Below, piece by piece: positions 1 through 9,144 of a stretch of 57,731 bases of DNA. Made by a program: the position numbers and the translations under genes. Origin of the DNA: Candidatus Omnitrophota bacterium (GTDB lineage: Bacteria > Omnitrophota > Gorgyraeia > Zapsychrales > Fredricksoniimonadaceae); NCBI GenBank assembly GCA_903901225.1, contig CAIUQE010000009.1:1-57731 (forward strand), given 5' to 3'. Each line of letters begins with the position of its first letter. The first letter of the stretch is position 1. The notes beneath the pieces are model-generated. The model was not told where the DNA came from and did no database searches. It saw nothing but the letters and a program-made list of their open reading frames with translations.

Positions 1-750
1 GTCGCGCATGACCTGACGGGAAATCTCGCTGCGGGAGGACACAAGGTCCTCCCCTACGCCCATCGTCCTTACGCCTTGTGTTGTAGGGGTGGACTTTATG
101 TCCGCCCGCATGGCAGCCTGGTAGTCTTCCTCCAACATGACCTTCAAATGCGCGCCGACAACATAGGCCGTGTTATTGCGCTCCAGGACGCGGGCCTTGT
201 CAGCGGTGATCCAGACCTTGTTGAAGGTGTCCACCGGCACATCAATGCTCCCAAACTGCGCCTGGGCCTTCTCATAGATCCTGGCCCAGAATTCCTTGCC
301 CAGCCCCTTCTCGGGATATACCAATGATGCGGTCAACTGCTTGAGGATGTAATCCTGCGCCAGCATATCGCGACCCAGCTCGGTCTTCCCCAGGTTTTCA
401 GGGATCATGCGGTCTTTTTCATAGGGAGACAAGTTCACCCACTGGTCGTCTTCCTTGACCGTGAGCGAGGCGAGGAAATATTTGATGAGTTTTTCGGATT
501 CTGCCTTGAACTGCGAACCTTCGACCGCGAAACCGGAATCGCCAGCATCCACGATGAAATCAAACAGGAGCGGGTTCGCGGGATGCAGGCTGACGCCTTT
601 CATCACCACAGGCATAAAAGCTGTGGAAAGGCCCACCATGGTCCCGGGTTGCGGTAAATTAAATGCTGTCTGAGCGTAAGAAGGCGGGATGAGGCTAGTC
701 GAAATGAACGAAAAACATACAAAAAATGATAAAATTTTTCTAATTATCAT
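1..750 (-). CDS. Large secreted protein, N-terminal part only (runs off the window); Omnitrophota-type conserved N-terminal domain
   Basis: Not in the ORF track because it has no stop in the window. Hand translation from ATG at 750 (GGAG RBS upstream): MIIRKILSFFVCFSFISTSLIPPSYAQ (Sec-type signal) then LPQPGTMVGLSTAFMPVVMKGVSLHPANPLLFDFIVDAGD...KLIKYFLASLTVKEDDQWVNLSPYEKDRMIPENLGKTELGRDMLAQDYILKQLTASLVYPE..., open to position 1. Confidence 0.85.
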   Translation of the reverse strand, partial: MIIRKILSFFVCFSFISTSLIPPSYAQTAFNLPQPGTMVGLSTAFMPVVMKGVSLHPANPLLFDFIVDAGDSGFAVEGSQFKAESEKLIKYFLASLTVKEDDQWVNLSPYEKDRMIPENLGKTELGRDMLAQDYILKQLTASLVYPEKGLGKEFWARIYEKAQAQFGSIDVPVDTFNKVWITADKARVLERNNTAYVVGAHLKVMLEEDYQAAMRADIKSTPTTQGVRTMGVGEDLVSSRSEISRQVMRD

Positions 751-808
751 TAAAAACTCCAATTTTTAAGGGTTTCAGACATGAAAAATATGTAATTAGA
801 TGTAATAA

Positions 809-837
809 AATATACCCGACAGAATTTTGATTGTCAA
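809..837 (-). promoter_or_regulatory. Sigma70-type promoter of the large secreted protein gene
   Basis: Minus strand TTGACA-17 nt-TATATT, about 60 nt upstream of the ATG at 750. Confidence 0.7.
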
Positions 838-844
838 GGCAGGC

Positions 845-878
845 AAAAAAATAAGGCGGCTTCCTCGAGCCGCCTTAT
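845..878 (-). terminator. Rho-independent terminator after the hypothetical gene
   Basis: ATAAGGCGGCT-TCCTCG-AGCCGCCTTAT perfect 11-bp stem, followed by a T-run on the minus strand. Confidence 0.8.
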
Positions 879-910
879 CCATTAAGGGTCCTCGCCTGGA
901 TAGAGCCGCG

Positions 911-1264
911 CTAGGCCAACGCAGCCGGTTTATCCGAAGAGAGAACATGGGTTTTCCAGTAGATCTGGATGCGAAGGCTGTGGCAGTAGCGGATCTGGAA
1001 GACAAACCTGTTCTTTTTGATATATATCACACCCTTGACCTTGAACAGGAATCCCTCAGACTGCTGCTCTGTGGACACCTTCTTGACGATCCTGACCTGC
1101 GGAGGGGGGAGCTCATCCGGCACCCCGTCCACCCGCGTGACCAGGTATACAAAATTCTTCCGCGTCGCGGTATCGCTGTCTTCATCCGACATATTCTCCC
1201 GGATTGAGATCAGCCGACCCCGGTTACGCGAAAGCTCCTGTTTTATGTACGCTAACTGTTTCAT
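911..1264 (-). CDS. Hypothetical protein (about 117 aa, basic)
   Basis: ORF 911..1279; ATG at 1264 has GGAG upstream; flanked by its own promoter and terminator; no recognisable family. Confidence 0.7.
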   Translation of the reverse strand: MKQLAYIKQELSRNRGRLISIRENMSDEDSDTATRKNFVYLVTRVDGVPDELPPPQVRIVKKVSTEQQSEGFLFKVKGVIYIKKNRFVFQIRYCHSLRIQIYWKTHVLSSDKPAALA

Positions 1265-1289
1265 AGTCTTGTTCTCCACCTATGCATGA

Positions 1290-1318
1290 AGGATAACATC
1301 CACATAGGGAATAAACAA
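1290..1318 (-). promoter_or_regulatory. Putative sigma70 promoter (extended -10) for the hypothetical gene
   Basis: Minus strand TTGTTT-17 nt-TATCCT with TGn before the -10. Confidence 0.4.
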
Positions 1319-1396
1319 GGTGGCGGGACAATGACCAGGAAAAGGCTTTCTTATGACGGAGCAAAGACTTGGGGAAGCTTTACAGAAAAGAAAAGA

Positions 1397-1535
1397 GATG
1401 TTTAGCGCCCCTGTGTTTTCACCGCGCCGAGCGCCAGGTTCCCTTCCGCCTGGAGCGAGGGGGATCGTGATCCCCGAGTGAAGCCGGAAGAGTGGCGCGA
1501 TAAGGCAGGCGAAAAAGTTTCAGGCGCTAAACATT
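1397..1535. ncRNA. Candidate structured non-coding RNA (possibly 6S-like)
   Basis: 12-bp closing stem ATGTTTAGCGCC/GGCGCTAAACAT, internal bubble, CGCGCC/GGCGCG helix, hairpins CCAGG/CCTGG and GGGGATC/GATCCCC; pyrimidine-rich tail on the minus strand. Confidence 0.4.
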
Positions 1536-1544
1536 CAGGAAATC

Positions 1545-2180
1545 TTACTTTGTCCAGGGCAAGCGGACGCGGGGTTCCTGGCCTGAAAGCAGGCGATGGA
1601 TATTGGGGCGATGGCGCAGGACAATGAAAATACAAAAAACAATGCTCAATATGATCATGCTGGTGGGCGCGACAAAGAAGATCATAAAAACAGGAAGGCA
1701 AATAGCTGTGATCAAAGAAGATAGAGAAACTATCCTTGAAACAAGGAAAGCCAGGGTCCACACCACCACACACAACAGGACCGCTATCCGCGCTTGCGGG
1801 ATCACCACGGTCAAGCCGATCAGCACACCCAGCGTTGTGGCAATGCCCTTGCCCCCCTTGAAATTGAGAAAACAAGTCCAGTTATGCCCGCACACCGCGG
1901 CCACCGCCGCGATAATACGCCCTGTGACGGAAGCATCCAAAAAACCCGCGACAAAAACAACCGGGATGATCCCCTTGATGATATCCAGGATGAGCACCGC
2001 GGTCCCCGGCCCCTTGCCCAGCACCCGGAACGCGTTGGTGGCTCCCACGTTCCCGGAACCATGCTGGCGAATATCCAGCCCCTTCAACAACCTTCCGAAA
2101 ATATACGCGGTGGGGATCGATCCGATCACATAACTGAGCCCGGCCGATGCCAGGACCTTAACGAGCGTCGTGATGTCCAT
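1545..2180 (-). CDS. plsY: Glycerol-3-phosphate acyltransferase
   Basis: YVIGSIP, DIRQHGSGNVGATNAFR, GHNW..F..FKGGKGIAT and RHRPNIHRLL motifs. Confidence 0.96.
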   Translation of the reverse strand: MDITTLVKVLASAGLSYVIGSIPTAYIFGRLLKGLDIRQHGSGNVGATNAFRVLGKGPGTAVLILDIIKGIIPVVFVAGFLDASVTGRIIAAVAAVCGHNWTCFLNFKGGKGIATTLGVLIGLTVVIPQARIAVLLCVVVWTLAFLVSRIVSLSSLITAICLPVFMIFFVAPTSMIILSIVFCIFIVLRHRPNIHRLLSGQEPRVRLPWTK

Positions 2181-2730
2181 TGTTCAACCTTTTTATCCCT
2201 TCCATCATGTAAATGATCCCGGAAATAATGGTCACAGCCAATGCCGCCAGCCACATTCCCAACGCCAGGGGCCATTGGATAAAGACAGCGATCACGCATA
2301 CCGCCTGGAGGAACGCCGTCAGCTTTCCCCAGACATTGGATCGTATCTCGATCGCGCCGCAGACGACCTGCAGCAAAAGCGCGCCAAGAACGAGAATGAC
2401 ATCCCGTGCCATGAACGCCACCACAAGCCACAACGGCAGGCGGACCGCCCATCCGGCTTCATTCCCGACATGGTACAGGCACAATAGCGCACTGATGAAG
2501 ATCGCCTTATCCGCCAAAGGGTCCAGGATCGAACCCGCCCTTGTTTTCTGGCGAAAATGCCGCGCGACATAACCATCGACCACATCCGAGATCTCGGCCA
2601 GGATGTAGACCGAAAGGGCCGTCCAGCGGTATGCTTCATGGCCCGACTTGTAATACAGCATCAGCCCGATAAATACCGGCACGGCCATGATACGGGCGAT
2701 GGTGATCTTGTTGGCAAGGGTCAGTGCCAC
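2158..2730 (-). CDS. pgsA: CDP-diacylglycerol--glycerol-3-phosphate 3-phosphatidyltransferase (CDP-alcohol phosphatidyltransferase)
   Basis: TLANKITIAR and DVVDGYVAR...GSILDPLADK signature. Confidence 0.88.
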   Translation of the reverse strand: MALTLANKITIARIMAVPVFIGLMLYYKSGHEAYRWTALSVYILAEISDVVDGYVARHFRQKTRAGSILDPLADKAIFISALLCLYHVGNEAGWAVRLPLWLVVAFMARDVILVLGALLLQVVCGAIEIRSNVWGKLTAFLQAVCVIAVFIQWPLALGMWLAALAVTIISGIIYMMEGIKRLNNGHHDAR

Positions 2731-2732
2731 GA

Positions 2733-2981
2733 CTACTCCTCCACGGGAATTAATCTGGCCCCGGTGCCCGGTTCGAATTCCAGCGCCCCGCTGTAATGCC
2801 GGCCGGTCAAAGGCGAATATTTCTCAACCGTGTCCTTGGATGCCGCCGGTGCCAGGGCCCCGACAACTTTCCGGGCCGCCTCGACCTGGGCGGATACCGT
2901 CTCAGATCTGGAGGGGCCAGGACGCGCCGTCGCGCAACCGGCCAGCAGCACGCAAAAAAAGAGTACGGCTATCTTATCCAT
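2733..2981 (-). CDS. Small lipoprotein of unknown function
   Basis: MDKIAVLFFCVLLAGC lipobox; AGGA RBS; tightly packed between lepB and pgsA. Confidence 0.8.
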   Translation of the reverse strand: MDKIAVLFFCVLLAGCATARPGPSRSETVSAQVEAARKVVGALAPAASKDTVEKYSPLTGRHYSGALEFEPGTGARLIPVEE

Positions 2982-3544
2982 CTGATCCTGTAAAGCGGCC
3001 AAAAAAGGACCTCCGCCTTGCCCACCACCAGCTCTTCGGGAACAAAACCCCAGTAACGGCTGTCGTGGCTTGAGGCGCTGTTATCACCCATCACAAAATA
3101 CTGTCCCGGCGGCACCGTGATCTTCTTCCCGGGCTGGGCATACTCGCCGTAATTGTAATAATGGATGCCGGCGATGGCCCCATCAGCGACGGGCGCGTCA
3201 TTGATGTACACCCGGCCGTCCCTGATCTCCACGGTCTCACCGCCGACCGCGATGAGGCGCTTGATAAAATCCTTCTGCCGCTGGACCGGGTACTTGAAGA
3301 CCACCACATCCCCCCGCCGGGGCTTCGTGAACCCGGGCAAACGATACTGCGTGAGCGGGACCATCGGGCCATAGGCAAGCTTGTTCACAAAAAGACGATC
3401 GCCTTCCACCAGGGTCATGCGCATCGATCCCGAGGGGATCTTGAACGGCTGGATCAGGAACGTGCGGATGAGCATGGCGAGGATGAACGCCACGACCAGT
3501 GATTCCACCCATTCCCAGACGACCTTTTGCGTTTCTTCAGACAT
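2969..3544 (-). CDS. lepB: Signal peptidase I
   Basis: IPSGSM (catalytic Ser), DFIKRLIA (Lys), GDNSASSHDSRYWG; follows lepA. Confidence 0.96.
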   Translation of the reverse strand: MSEETQKVVWEWVESLVVAFILAMLIRTFLIQPFKIPSGSMRMTLVEGDRLFVNKLAYGPMVPLTQYRLPGFTKPRRGDVVVFKYPVQRQKDFIKRLIAVGGETVEIRDGRVYINDAPVADGAIAGIHYYNYGEYAQPGKKITVPPGQYFVMGDNSASSHDSRYWGFVPEELVVGKAEVLFWPLYRIRWIR

Positions 3545-3567
3545 GAATTTATTTAACATACGTCCTT

Positions 3568-5358
3568 TTAGATCTTGAGGGCGGCAAGGAAGGCCGCCTG
3601 GGGCACTTCCACGCGGCCGATCTGTTTAAGTTTCTTCTTGCCTTCTTTTTGCTTCTCCCACAATTTCCTTTTGCGCGAAATATCGCCGCCATAACATTTG
3701 GCCGTGACGTTCTTACCCATGGACTTGATGCGCGAGGAAGCGATGATCCGCCCATCACATGATGCCTGGATACGGATATCGAAAAGCTGCGCCGGTATCA
3801 GTTCCTTGAGCTTGTCGCACAAAGCGGCCCCTTTTTCATACGCGCGGTCCTTATGGACCAGACAGGCAAAGGCGTCACACGCCTCATCGTTGATCAGGAT
3901 GTCCAGCTTGGCGATCGGCGCCGCGCGATACCCTGTGAATTCATAATCGATGGATCCGTAACCCCGCGTCGCCGACTTGACCATGTCGTTAAAATCGACA
4001 ATGACCTCGGCCAGCGGAATATCATAGACCACGCGCATGCGGTCGGAAATGAATTCACTTTTGACATAGATCCCGCGTTTGCGCTTGGCCAGCTCCATCA
4101 CCGCGTCCATGCAATTGACGGGTGTGAGGACCGACACTTTCAGGTAAGGCTCCTCAACGGACTTCACGTCGCTCATGTTCGGCAGCTGCGAAGGGTTCTC
4201 GATGTCCGTCATGACGCCCGCCTTGGTCTCATAACGGTAACCGACGTTGGGCGTGGTCAGGACAAGGTTCAGGTTATACTCACGCTCCAGGCGTTCCTGC
4301 ACCACCTCCATGTGGAGCAGGCCCAGGAAGCCGCAACGGAAACCATGCCCGAAAGATTCCGATGTCTCGGGTTCATAGGTGAAACTCGGGTCGCTCAGGC
4401 GCAATTTATCGATCGCCGTGCGCAGCTCCATGTACTCGTCGGCGGTCACGGGATACACGCCGCAGAAGACCAGCGGCTTGAGCTGGCGGTAACCTTCAAG
4501 CGGCTCGGCGCAGGGATCGGTAACATCGGTCACCGTATCGCCCACGCGCACTTCCTTGGGGTCGCGCACATTGCAGGTGATATAACCGACTTCACCGGCG
4601 CCCAGCTCTTTGGTCTTGGCGTCAAAGGGCGAATAATAACCCATCCCCTCGACGGTAAACTCCTTGTTCATGTGCATCAGGCGGATGCGCGTGCCGATGC
4701 CGATCTTCCCGTCAATGACGCGGATAAAGATCACAACACCCTTGTAAACGTCATATTTCATGTCAAAGATCAGGGCTTTCAGCGGCTTGCCGGGATCCCC
4801 GTAAGGCGACGGGATGAATGACACGATCTTCTCAAAAAGCTTGTCAATGTTAAGGCCCTCCTTGGCGGAAACCCGCTGGATGTCCTCTTCCTTGAACTTG
4901 AGGATCTCCTTGAACTGGCGTGCCGCCTCATTGGGATCGATGTTGGCGATATCGATCTTGTTGATGACCGGCAAGATCTCAAGGTTATTGCTGATGGCAA
5001 GGAAATAGTTGGCGACCGTCTGGGATTCAACGCCCTGTGACGCGTCGATGATGAGCAACGCCCCTTCGCACGCCTTGAGGGATTTCTCGACCTCGTAAGT
5101 GAAATCCACGTGGCCGGGCGTGTCGATGAGGTTGAAAAGATACTCTTTCCCGTCGTTGGCCTTGTAGGTCAGGCGCACGGCGGATGCCTTGATCGTGATG
5201 CCGCGCTCGCGCTCCAGGTCCATGTCATCGAGCAACTGGTTCTTGAAACTGCGCTCATCGATGGCGCCGCAATGGAGCATCAGACGGTCCGCCAGGGTGG
5301 ACTTGCCGTGATCAATGTGCGCGATGATGGAAAAATTACGTATGCGTGACTGGTCCAT
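3568..5358 (-). CDS. lepA: Elongation factor 4
   Basis: IRNFSIIAHIDHGKSTLADR, DTPGHVDF, KCYGGDISRKRKLWEKQKEGKK. Confidence 0.99.
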   Translation of the reverse strand: MDQSRIRNFSIIAHIDHGKSTLADRLMLHCGAIDERSFKNQLLDDMDLERERGITIKASAVRLTYKANDGKEYLFNLIDTPGHVDFTYEVEKSLKACEGALLIIDASQGVESQTVANYFLAISNNLEILPVINKIDIANIDPNEAARQFKEILKFKEEDIQRVSAKEGLNIDKLFEKIVSFIPSPYGDPGKPLKALIFDMKYDVYKGVVIFIRVIDGKIGIGTRIRLMHMNKEFTVEGMGYYSPFDAKTKELGAGEVGYITCNVRDPKEVRVGDTVTDVTDPCAEPLEGYRQLKPLVFCGVYPVTADEYMELRTAIDKLRLSDPSFTYEPETSESFGHGFRCGFLGLLHMEVVQERLEREYNLNLVLTTPNVGYRYETKAGVMTDIENPSQLPNMSDVKSVEEPYLKVSVLTPVNCMDAVMELAKRKRGIYVKSEFISDRMRVVYDIPLAEVIVDFNDMVKSATRGYGSIDYEFTGYRAAPIAKLDILINDEACDAFACLVHKDRAYEKGAALCDKLKELIPAQLFDIRIQASCDGRIIASSRIKSMGKNVTAKCYGGDISRKRKLWEKQKEGKKKLKQIGRVEVPQAAFLAALKI

Positions 5359-5385
5359 GCTGTATCGGGGTCTTTTCCGGAAAAA

Positions 5386-6084
5386 TTACTTTTTGTTCTG
5401 GATATGCCGCGCGATCGTTCCAATGACCTCATCGACGCCCATGCGCGTCGAATCGATCAGGACCGCGTCATCGGCCTTTTTCAGGGGGCCTACCTTACGG
5501 GTGATATCTTTTTCATCGCGTTCCGCCAGGTCCTTCTTCAAAGCTTCTTCATCAACATCCTGCCCCTTCGCGCGAAGCTCATCGATGCGCCGCTGGCAAC
5601 GCACGCCGAAATCCGCGTCCAGGTAAAATTTAAATTCCGCCTGCGGGAAAACGACGGTACCCAGGTCCCTGCCCTCCCCCACCAGGGCCTGTTGCTGCCC
5701 CATCAGCCGCTGCCACGCGACCATGATATGGCGCACACCCGCGGCACGCGCCACGTAGAACGTCGTGTTAGTCACCTCAACCGAACGGATCGTCTCGCTC
5801 ACATCCTCCCCATCGAGAAGGACTTTCAGAGGATTACCCGGCTGATTGACCAGTTCAATGCGCGTTTCACCGGCAAGCGCCACCAGGGCCGCCTCATCGT
5901 CCAGCTTTACCCGACGACGGATCGCCTTGACCGTGAGCGCGCGGTACATGGCTCCCGTATCCATGAAAGCCACGCCCAGCCTTTTCGCCAATCCCTTGGC
6001 CACGGTGCTTTTACCGGCTCCAGCCGGCCCGTCAATGACAACAATGGAGCGGAACGCCGCGGCGGACTGACAGGGATCAGACAT
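5386..6084 (-). CDS. cmk: Cytidylate kinase
   Basis: IDGPAGAGKST, DTGAMYRA, EGRDLGTVVFP; start placed at MSDP (6084). Confidence 0.96.
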   Translation of the reverse strand: MSDPCQSAAAFRSIVVIDGPAGAGKSTVAKGLAKRLGVAFMDTGAMYRALTVKAIRRRVKLDDEAALVALAGETRIELVNQPGNPLKVLLDGEDVSETIRSVEVTNTTFYVARAAGVRHIMVAWQRLMGQQQALVGEGRDLGTVVFPQAEFKFYLDADFGVRCQRRIDELRAKGQDVDEEALKKDLAERDEKDITRKVGPLKKADDAVLIDSTRMGVDEVIGTIARHIQNKK

Positions 6085-6943
6085 GGCTCTTTTTCTCCAG
6101 TGATTCACGTTTGGCTTTGGCCTGATTGAAAAGCTGCATGAGCGCCGCTTCATCACGGTCCACGACCGCCTTGCGGATCTCGGAAATGGATTTGGCCGAC
6201 TCATCGAGCGCCTTGAGGACATTGCGATAATTGGACGAACAGATATCAGCCCACATTTGCGCGGAAGAACCGGCGATGCGGGTGCTGTCCTTCAATCCGG
6301 CGGCGGCATGCTTCAAATGGTCCTCGGGGATCGCGCGCATCAAAGCGAAAGCGGTCAAATGCGGCAGATGGCTCGCGTACGCCATAGCCTCATCGTGCGC
6401 CGCGGGATCCATGACCGTGACATTCGCCCCGAACAGCGTCCAGAGGTGCTTCACCTTGTCCCTGGCCATGCGATTGGTCTTGTCCGTCGGCGTCATCACG
6501 CAGGCCGTATCCTTGAAAAGGTCCTCGCGGGCGTGCGCTATCCCGCTCTTTTCCGACCCCGCCATGGGATGCGACCCGACAAAAAGGACATGCGGCGGGA
6601 AAAGCTTTTCAGCCGCCTCGACAATGGCGACCTTGGTGCTGCCGACATCGGTGACGATGCAACCCCGGCGCAAATGCTTGGAAATATCATGGATCTGTCC
6701 AAGGATGACCTTGACCGGAGCGGCCAGGATAACAAGGTCCGCGCCCTGGATGGCCTTATTCACGTCAAGCGTCCCTTCGTCAATGGCCTTCATCTCCTGC
6801 GCGGCGCGCAGCGACGCTTCCTGGCGCGAGGTGCCGACGACCTGCGCCGCGAGGCGGTGTTTTTTCAGCGCGAGCGCGAAAGAACCACCCAATAAACCCG
6901 TGCCGAGGATAACGGCCCGGCGAAACATATGCCTGTGGAACAT
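6077..6943 (-). CDS. tyrA: Prephenate/arogenate dehydrogenase
   Basis: GTGLLGGS Rossmann motif, DVGSTK, GSHPMAGSEKSG, SHLPH. Confidence 0.95.
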   Translation of the reverse strand: MFHRHMFRRAVILGTGLLGGSFALALKKHRLAAQVVGTSRQEASLRAAQEMKAIDEGTLDVNKAIQGADLVILAAPVKVILGQIHDISKHLRRGCIVTDVGSTKVAIVEAAEKLFPPHVLFVGSHPMAGSEKSGIAHAREDLFKDTACVMTPTDKTNRMARDKVKHLWTLFGANVTVMDPAAHDEAMAYASHLPHLTAFALMRAIPEDHLKHAAAGLKDSTRIAGSSAQMWADICSSNYRNVLKALDESAKSISEIRKAVVDRDEAALMQLFNQAKAKRESLEKKSHV

Positions 6944-6985
6944 TGTAAGTCCCCTTCCTTGAAAATTTACGTTAAATGCCTTTGC

Positions 6986-8080
6986 TCAAACAAGTTCTTC
7001 CAGCGCCCGCAGGAACATCCTGTTTTCCGCCGGTGTCCCGATCGTGACGCGGATATAATGCCTTAGCCCCCAGATGCTCATGTCGCGCACGATAACGCCT
7101 TTCTTCATGAGCGCCAGCGCCGTTGCCGAACTGTCACCCGGCAGGCGCACCTGGATGAAATTCGTACACCCCTTGCTGTAGGCCACGCCACGGGCACCGA
7201 GTTTGCCAAGACCGGCGCACACAAGATCCCGCTCGCGCTCCAGCACCCTGAGGATCTTCCTGAAATAAGCCCCGTCCTTGAGCGCGGCCAACGCCGCGGC
7301 CTGGGCGATCGACGTGACGTTGAAAGGTTCGCGCGCGCGGTTCATCACGTCCGCGACCTCGACGCTCGCGGCCCCGTAACCGACGCGCAATCCCGCGAGG
7401 CCGAAAAGCTTCGAGAATGTCCGGGCCACAATGATATTGCCCCTCTTGCGGAGCAGGGCCAACGTGTCCGGATAATCCTTTTCCGAAACGAACTCAAAAT
7501 ACGCCTCATCAAAGAACACCAGCACATCCTCCGGGAAGCCCTTGAGGAACGCATCCACTTGAGCCTTGGAGATATACTGGCCCGATGGGTTGTCGGGATT
7601 CCCGATGAACACGATCTTGGTCCTGGGCGTAACGGCTTTCTTCATGGCTTCAAGGTCATAACGCAGGCCATTGAGAGGCACTTCAACCAGTTTGGCCCCG
7701 ACCGCGATCGAGGCGATGGAATAGACCAGGAATGACGGCTTCGCGACAACCACCTCATCCCCGGGATTCACGAACGCGCGCAGCGCCAGAACGATCACCT
7801 CGTCCGAACCGCAGCCGAATACCAGCTGTTCGGGGGCAATCTTCATTCGCCGGGCCAGCGCCTGGCGCAACTCGTGACAATTCCCGTCGGGATAACGGTT
7901 GACCTCGCGGGCCGCCCGCGTGATCGCCGCCAGCACCCGGGGTGATGGGCCGTAAGGATTCTCGTTCGAGGCAAGCTTGATCACGCGCTTCAACCCAAAA
8001 GCGCGCCTGACCTCGGCGATGGGCTTGCCGGGGACGTAAGGCTTGATCTTGAGGATATTTTTGTTCGCCCTGTTTTTCAT
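6986..8080 (-). CDS. hisC: Histidinol-phosphate / aromatic aminotransferase
   Basis: KLASNENPYG, NPDNPSG, DEAYFEF, RTFSKLFGLAGLRVGY. Confidence 0.95.
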   Translation of the reverse strand: MKNRANKNILKIKPYVPGKPIAEVRRAFGLKRVIKLASNENPYGPSPRVLAAITRAAREVNRYPDGNCHELRQALARRMKIAPEQLVFGCGSDEVIVLALRAFVNPGDEVVVAKPSFLVYSIASIAVGAKLVEVPLNGLRYDLEAMKKAVTPRTKIVFIGNPDNPSGQYISKAQVDAFLKGFPEDVLVFFDEAYFEFVSEKDYPDTLALLRKRGNIIVARTFSKLFGLAGLRVGYGAASVEVADVMNRAREPFNVTSIAQAAALAALKDGAYFRKILRVLERERDLVCAGLGKLGARGVAYSKGCTNFIQVRLPGDSSATALALMKKGVIVRDMSIWGLRHYIRVTIGTPAENRMFLRALEELV

Positions 8081-9144
8081 AACGCCTCGGGATAGGATCC
8101 CAGGATCTTGAGTGATTTGCACATCCCCTCCAGCTGCGTGAGGGCCTTATGGACATTCTTGTCTTCGCGATGCCCCTGAAGGTCGAGAAAGAAATAATAA
8201 TCCCACGCTTTTTTCTTGATCGGCCGCGACTCGATCCGCGTCAGATTGATCCCGTTGCGGGCGAACGGCGCGAGCATCGCGTGAAGGCCGCCGACCCTGT
8301 CGCTGATCGAAAAAACGATGGACGTGCGGTCTTTACCCGTCGGACGCGCGTCCGTCCGGGCAATGACAAAGAACCTGGTCGCGTTATGCGCGATATCCTG
8401 GACATTGTTCCTGATGACCGACAACCCGTAAATACGCGCGCAATCAGCCGACGCCAGCGCTGCCGCGTCCTTCTCGCCGGCCGCGAGCCTGGCCGCGTCC
8501 GTGGTCGACGCGACGCTCACCTGCTTGACCCGCTCCGGCGGCAAATTAGCCAAAAGCCAATTACGGCACTGGGCCAGGACCTGGGGATTGGAATATATCT
8601 TGCGGATCTTCTCCAACGCGCATTGCGCAATGACAGCGGGAGATATCTTCAACGTCAACTGGGAGCAGACCTGCAGGTCGGATTCCGCCAGCAGATCCGC
8701 TGTCGGTGTCACGGCGCCCTCGACCGAATTTTCGATCGGAACGATACCATGGTCGCAATCCCCGTCCTCCACCCGCCGGAACACTTCCGCGATGCTGCCG
8801 CAGCCGACATAGGTCAGCTGGGTGCCGAATTTTTTCACGGCCGCGGAATGGGAATTCGACCCTTCCGCCCCGAGGTAGGCAATGCGCAGGCGCTTCTCGA
8901 GAGAAATCGACGATGACATGATCTCGCTGTAGATGGCATCAAAAGCGGCAGGCGCCATAGGCCCCTTGTTCAAGGCGCGCACATGCTCCAGGACCTTGCG
9001 TTCCCGCTCCGGCGCGTACACGCCGCCGTTGACCTTGACCTTGACCTTGCCGATCTCCAGAGAAACTTTGGCCCGGTCATTAAGGAGCCCGACGATGCGC
9101 GCGTCGATCGCGTCGATGTTATGACGAAGTTTGTTGAGGTCCAT
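8077..9144 (-). CDS. pheA: Chorismate mutase/prephenate dehydratase
   Basis: N-terminal CM (LRHNIDAIDARIVGLLNDR), PIENSVEG, NATRF, ACT domain LTRIESRP; GGAGG RBS 6 nt before the ATG at 9144. Confidence 0.96.
   Translation of the reverse strand: MDLNKLRHNIDAIDARIVGLLNDRAKVSLEIGKVKVKVNGGVYAPERERKVLEHVRALNKGPMAPAAFDAIYSEIMSSSISLEKRLRIAYLGAEGSNSHSAAVKKFGTQLTYVGCGSIAEVFRRVEDGDCDHGIVPIENSVEGAVTPTADLLAESDLQVCSQLTLKISPAVIAQCALEKIRKIYSNPQVLAQCRNWLLANLPPERVKQVSVASTTDAARLAAGEKDAAALASADCARIYGLSVIRNNVQDIAHNATRFFVIARTDARPTGKDRTSIVFSISDRVGGLHAMLAPFARNGINLTRIESRPIKKKAWDYYFFLDLQGHREDKNVHKALTQLEGMCKSLKILGSYPEAL

Noticed and set aside
790-806. ATGTAAT direct repeat (10-nt period) near the first promoter
   Set aside because: Only two copies in AT-rich DNA; cannot be told from chance.
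1397-1535. SRP RNA, tRNA-Sec or a known riboswitch
   Set aside because: Lacks the SRP CAGGUCCGGAAGGAAGCAGC core, a cloverleaf or any aptamer consensus I recognise. The TTTAGCGC octamer shared with the 13582-13621 hairpin is too short to be meaningful.
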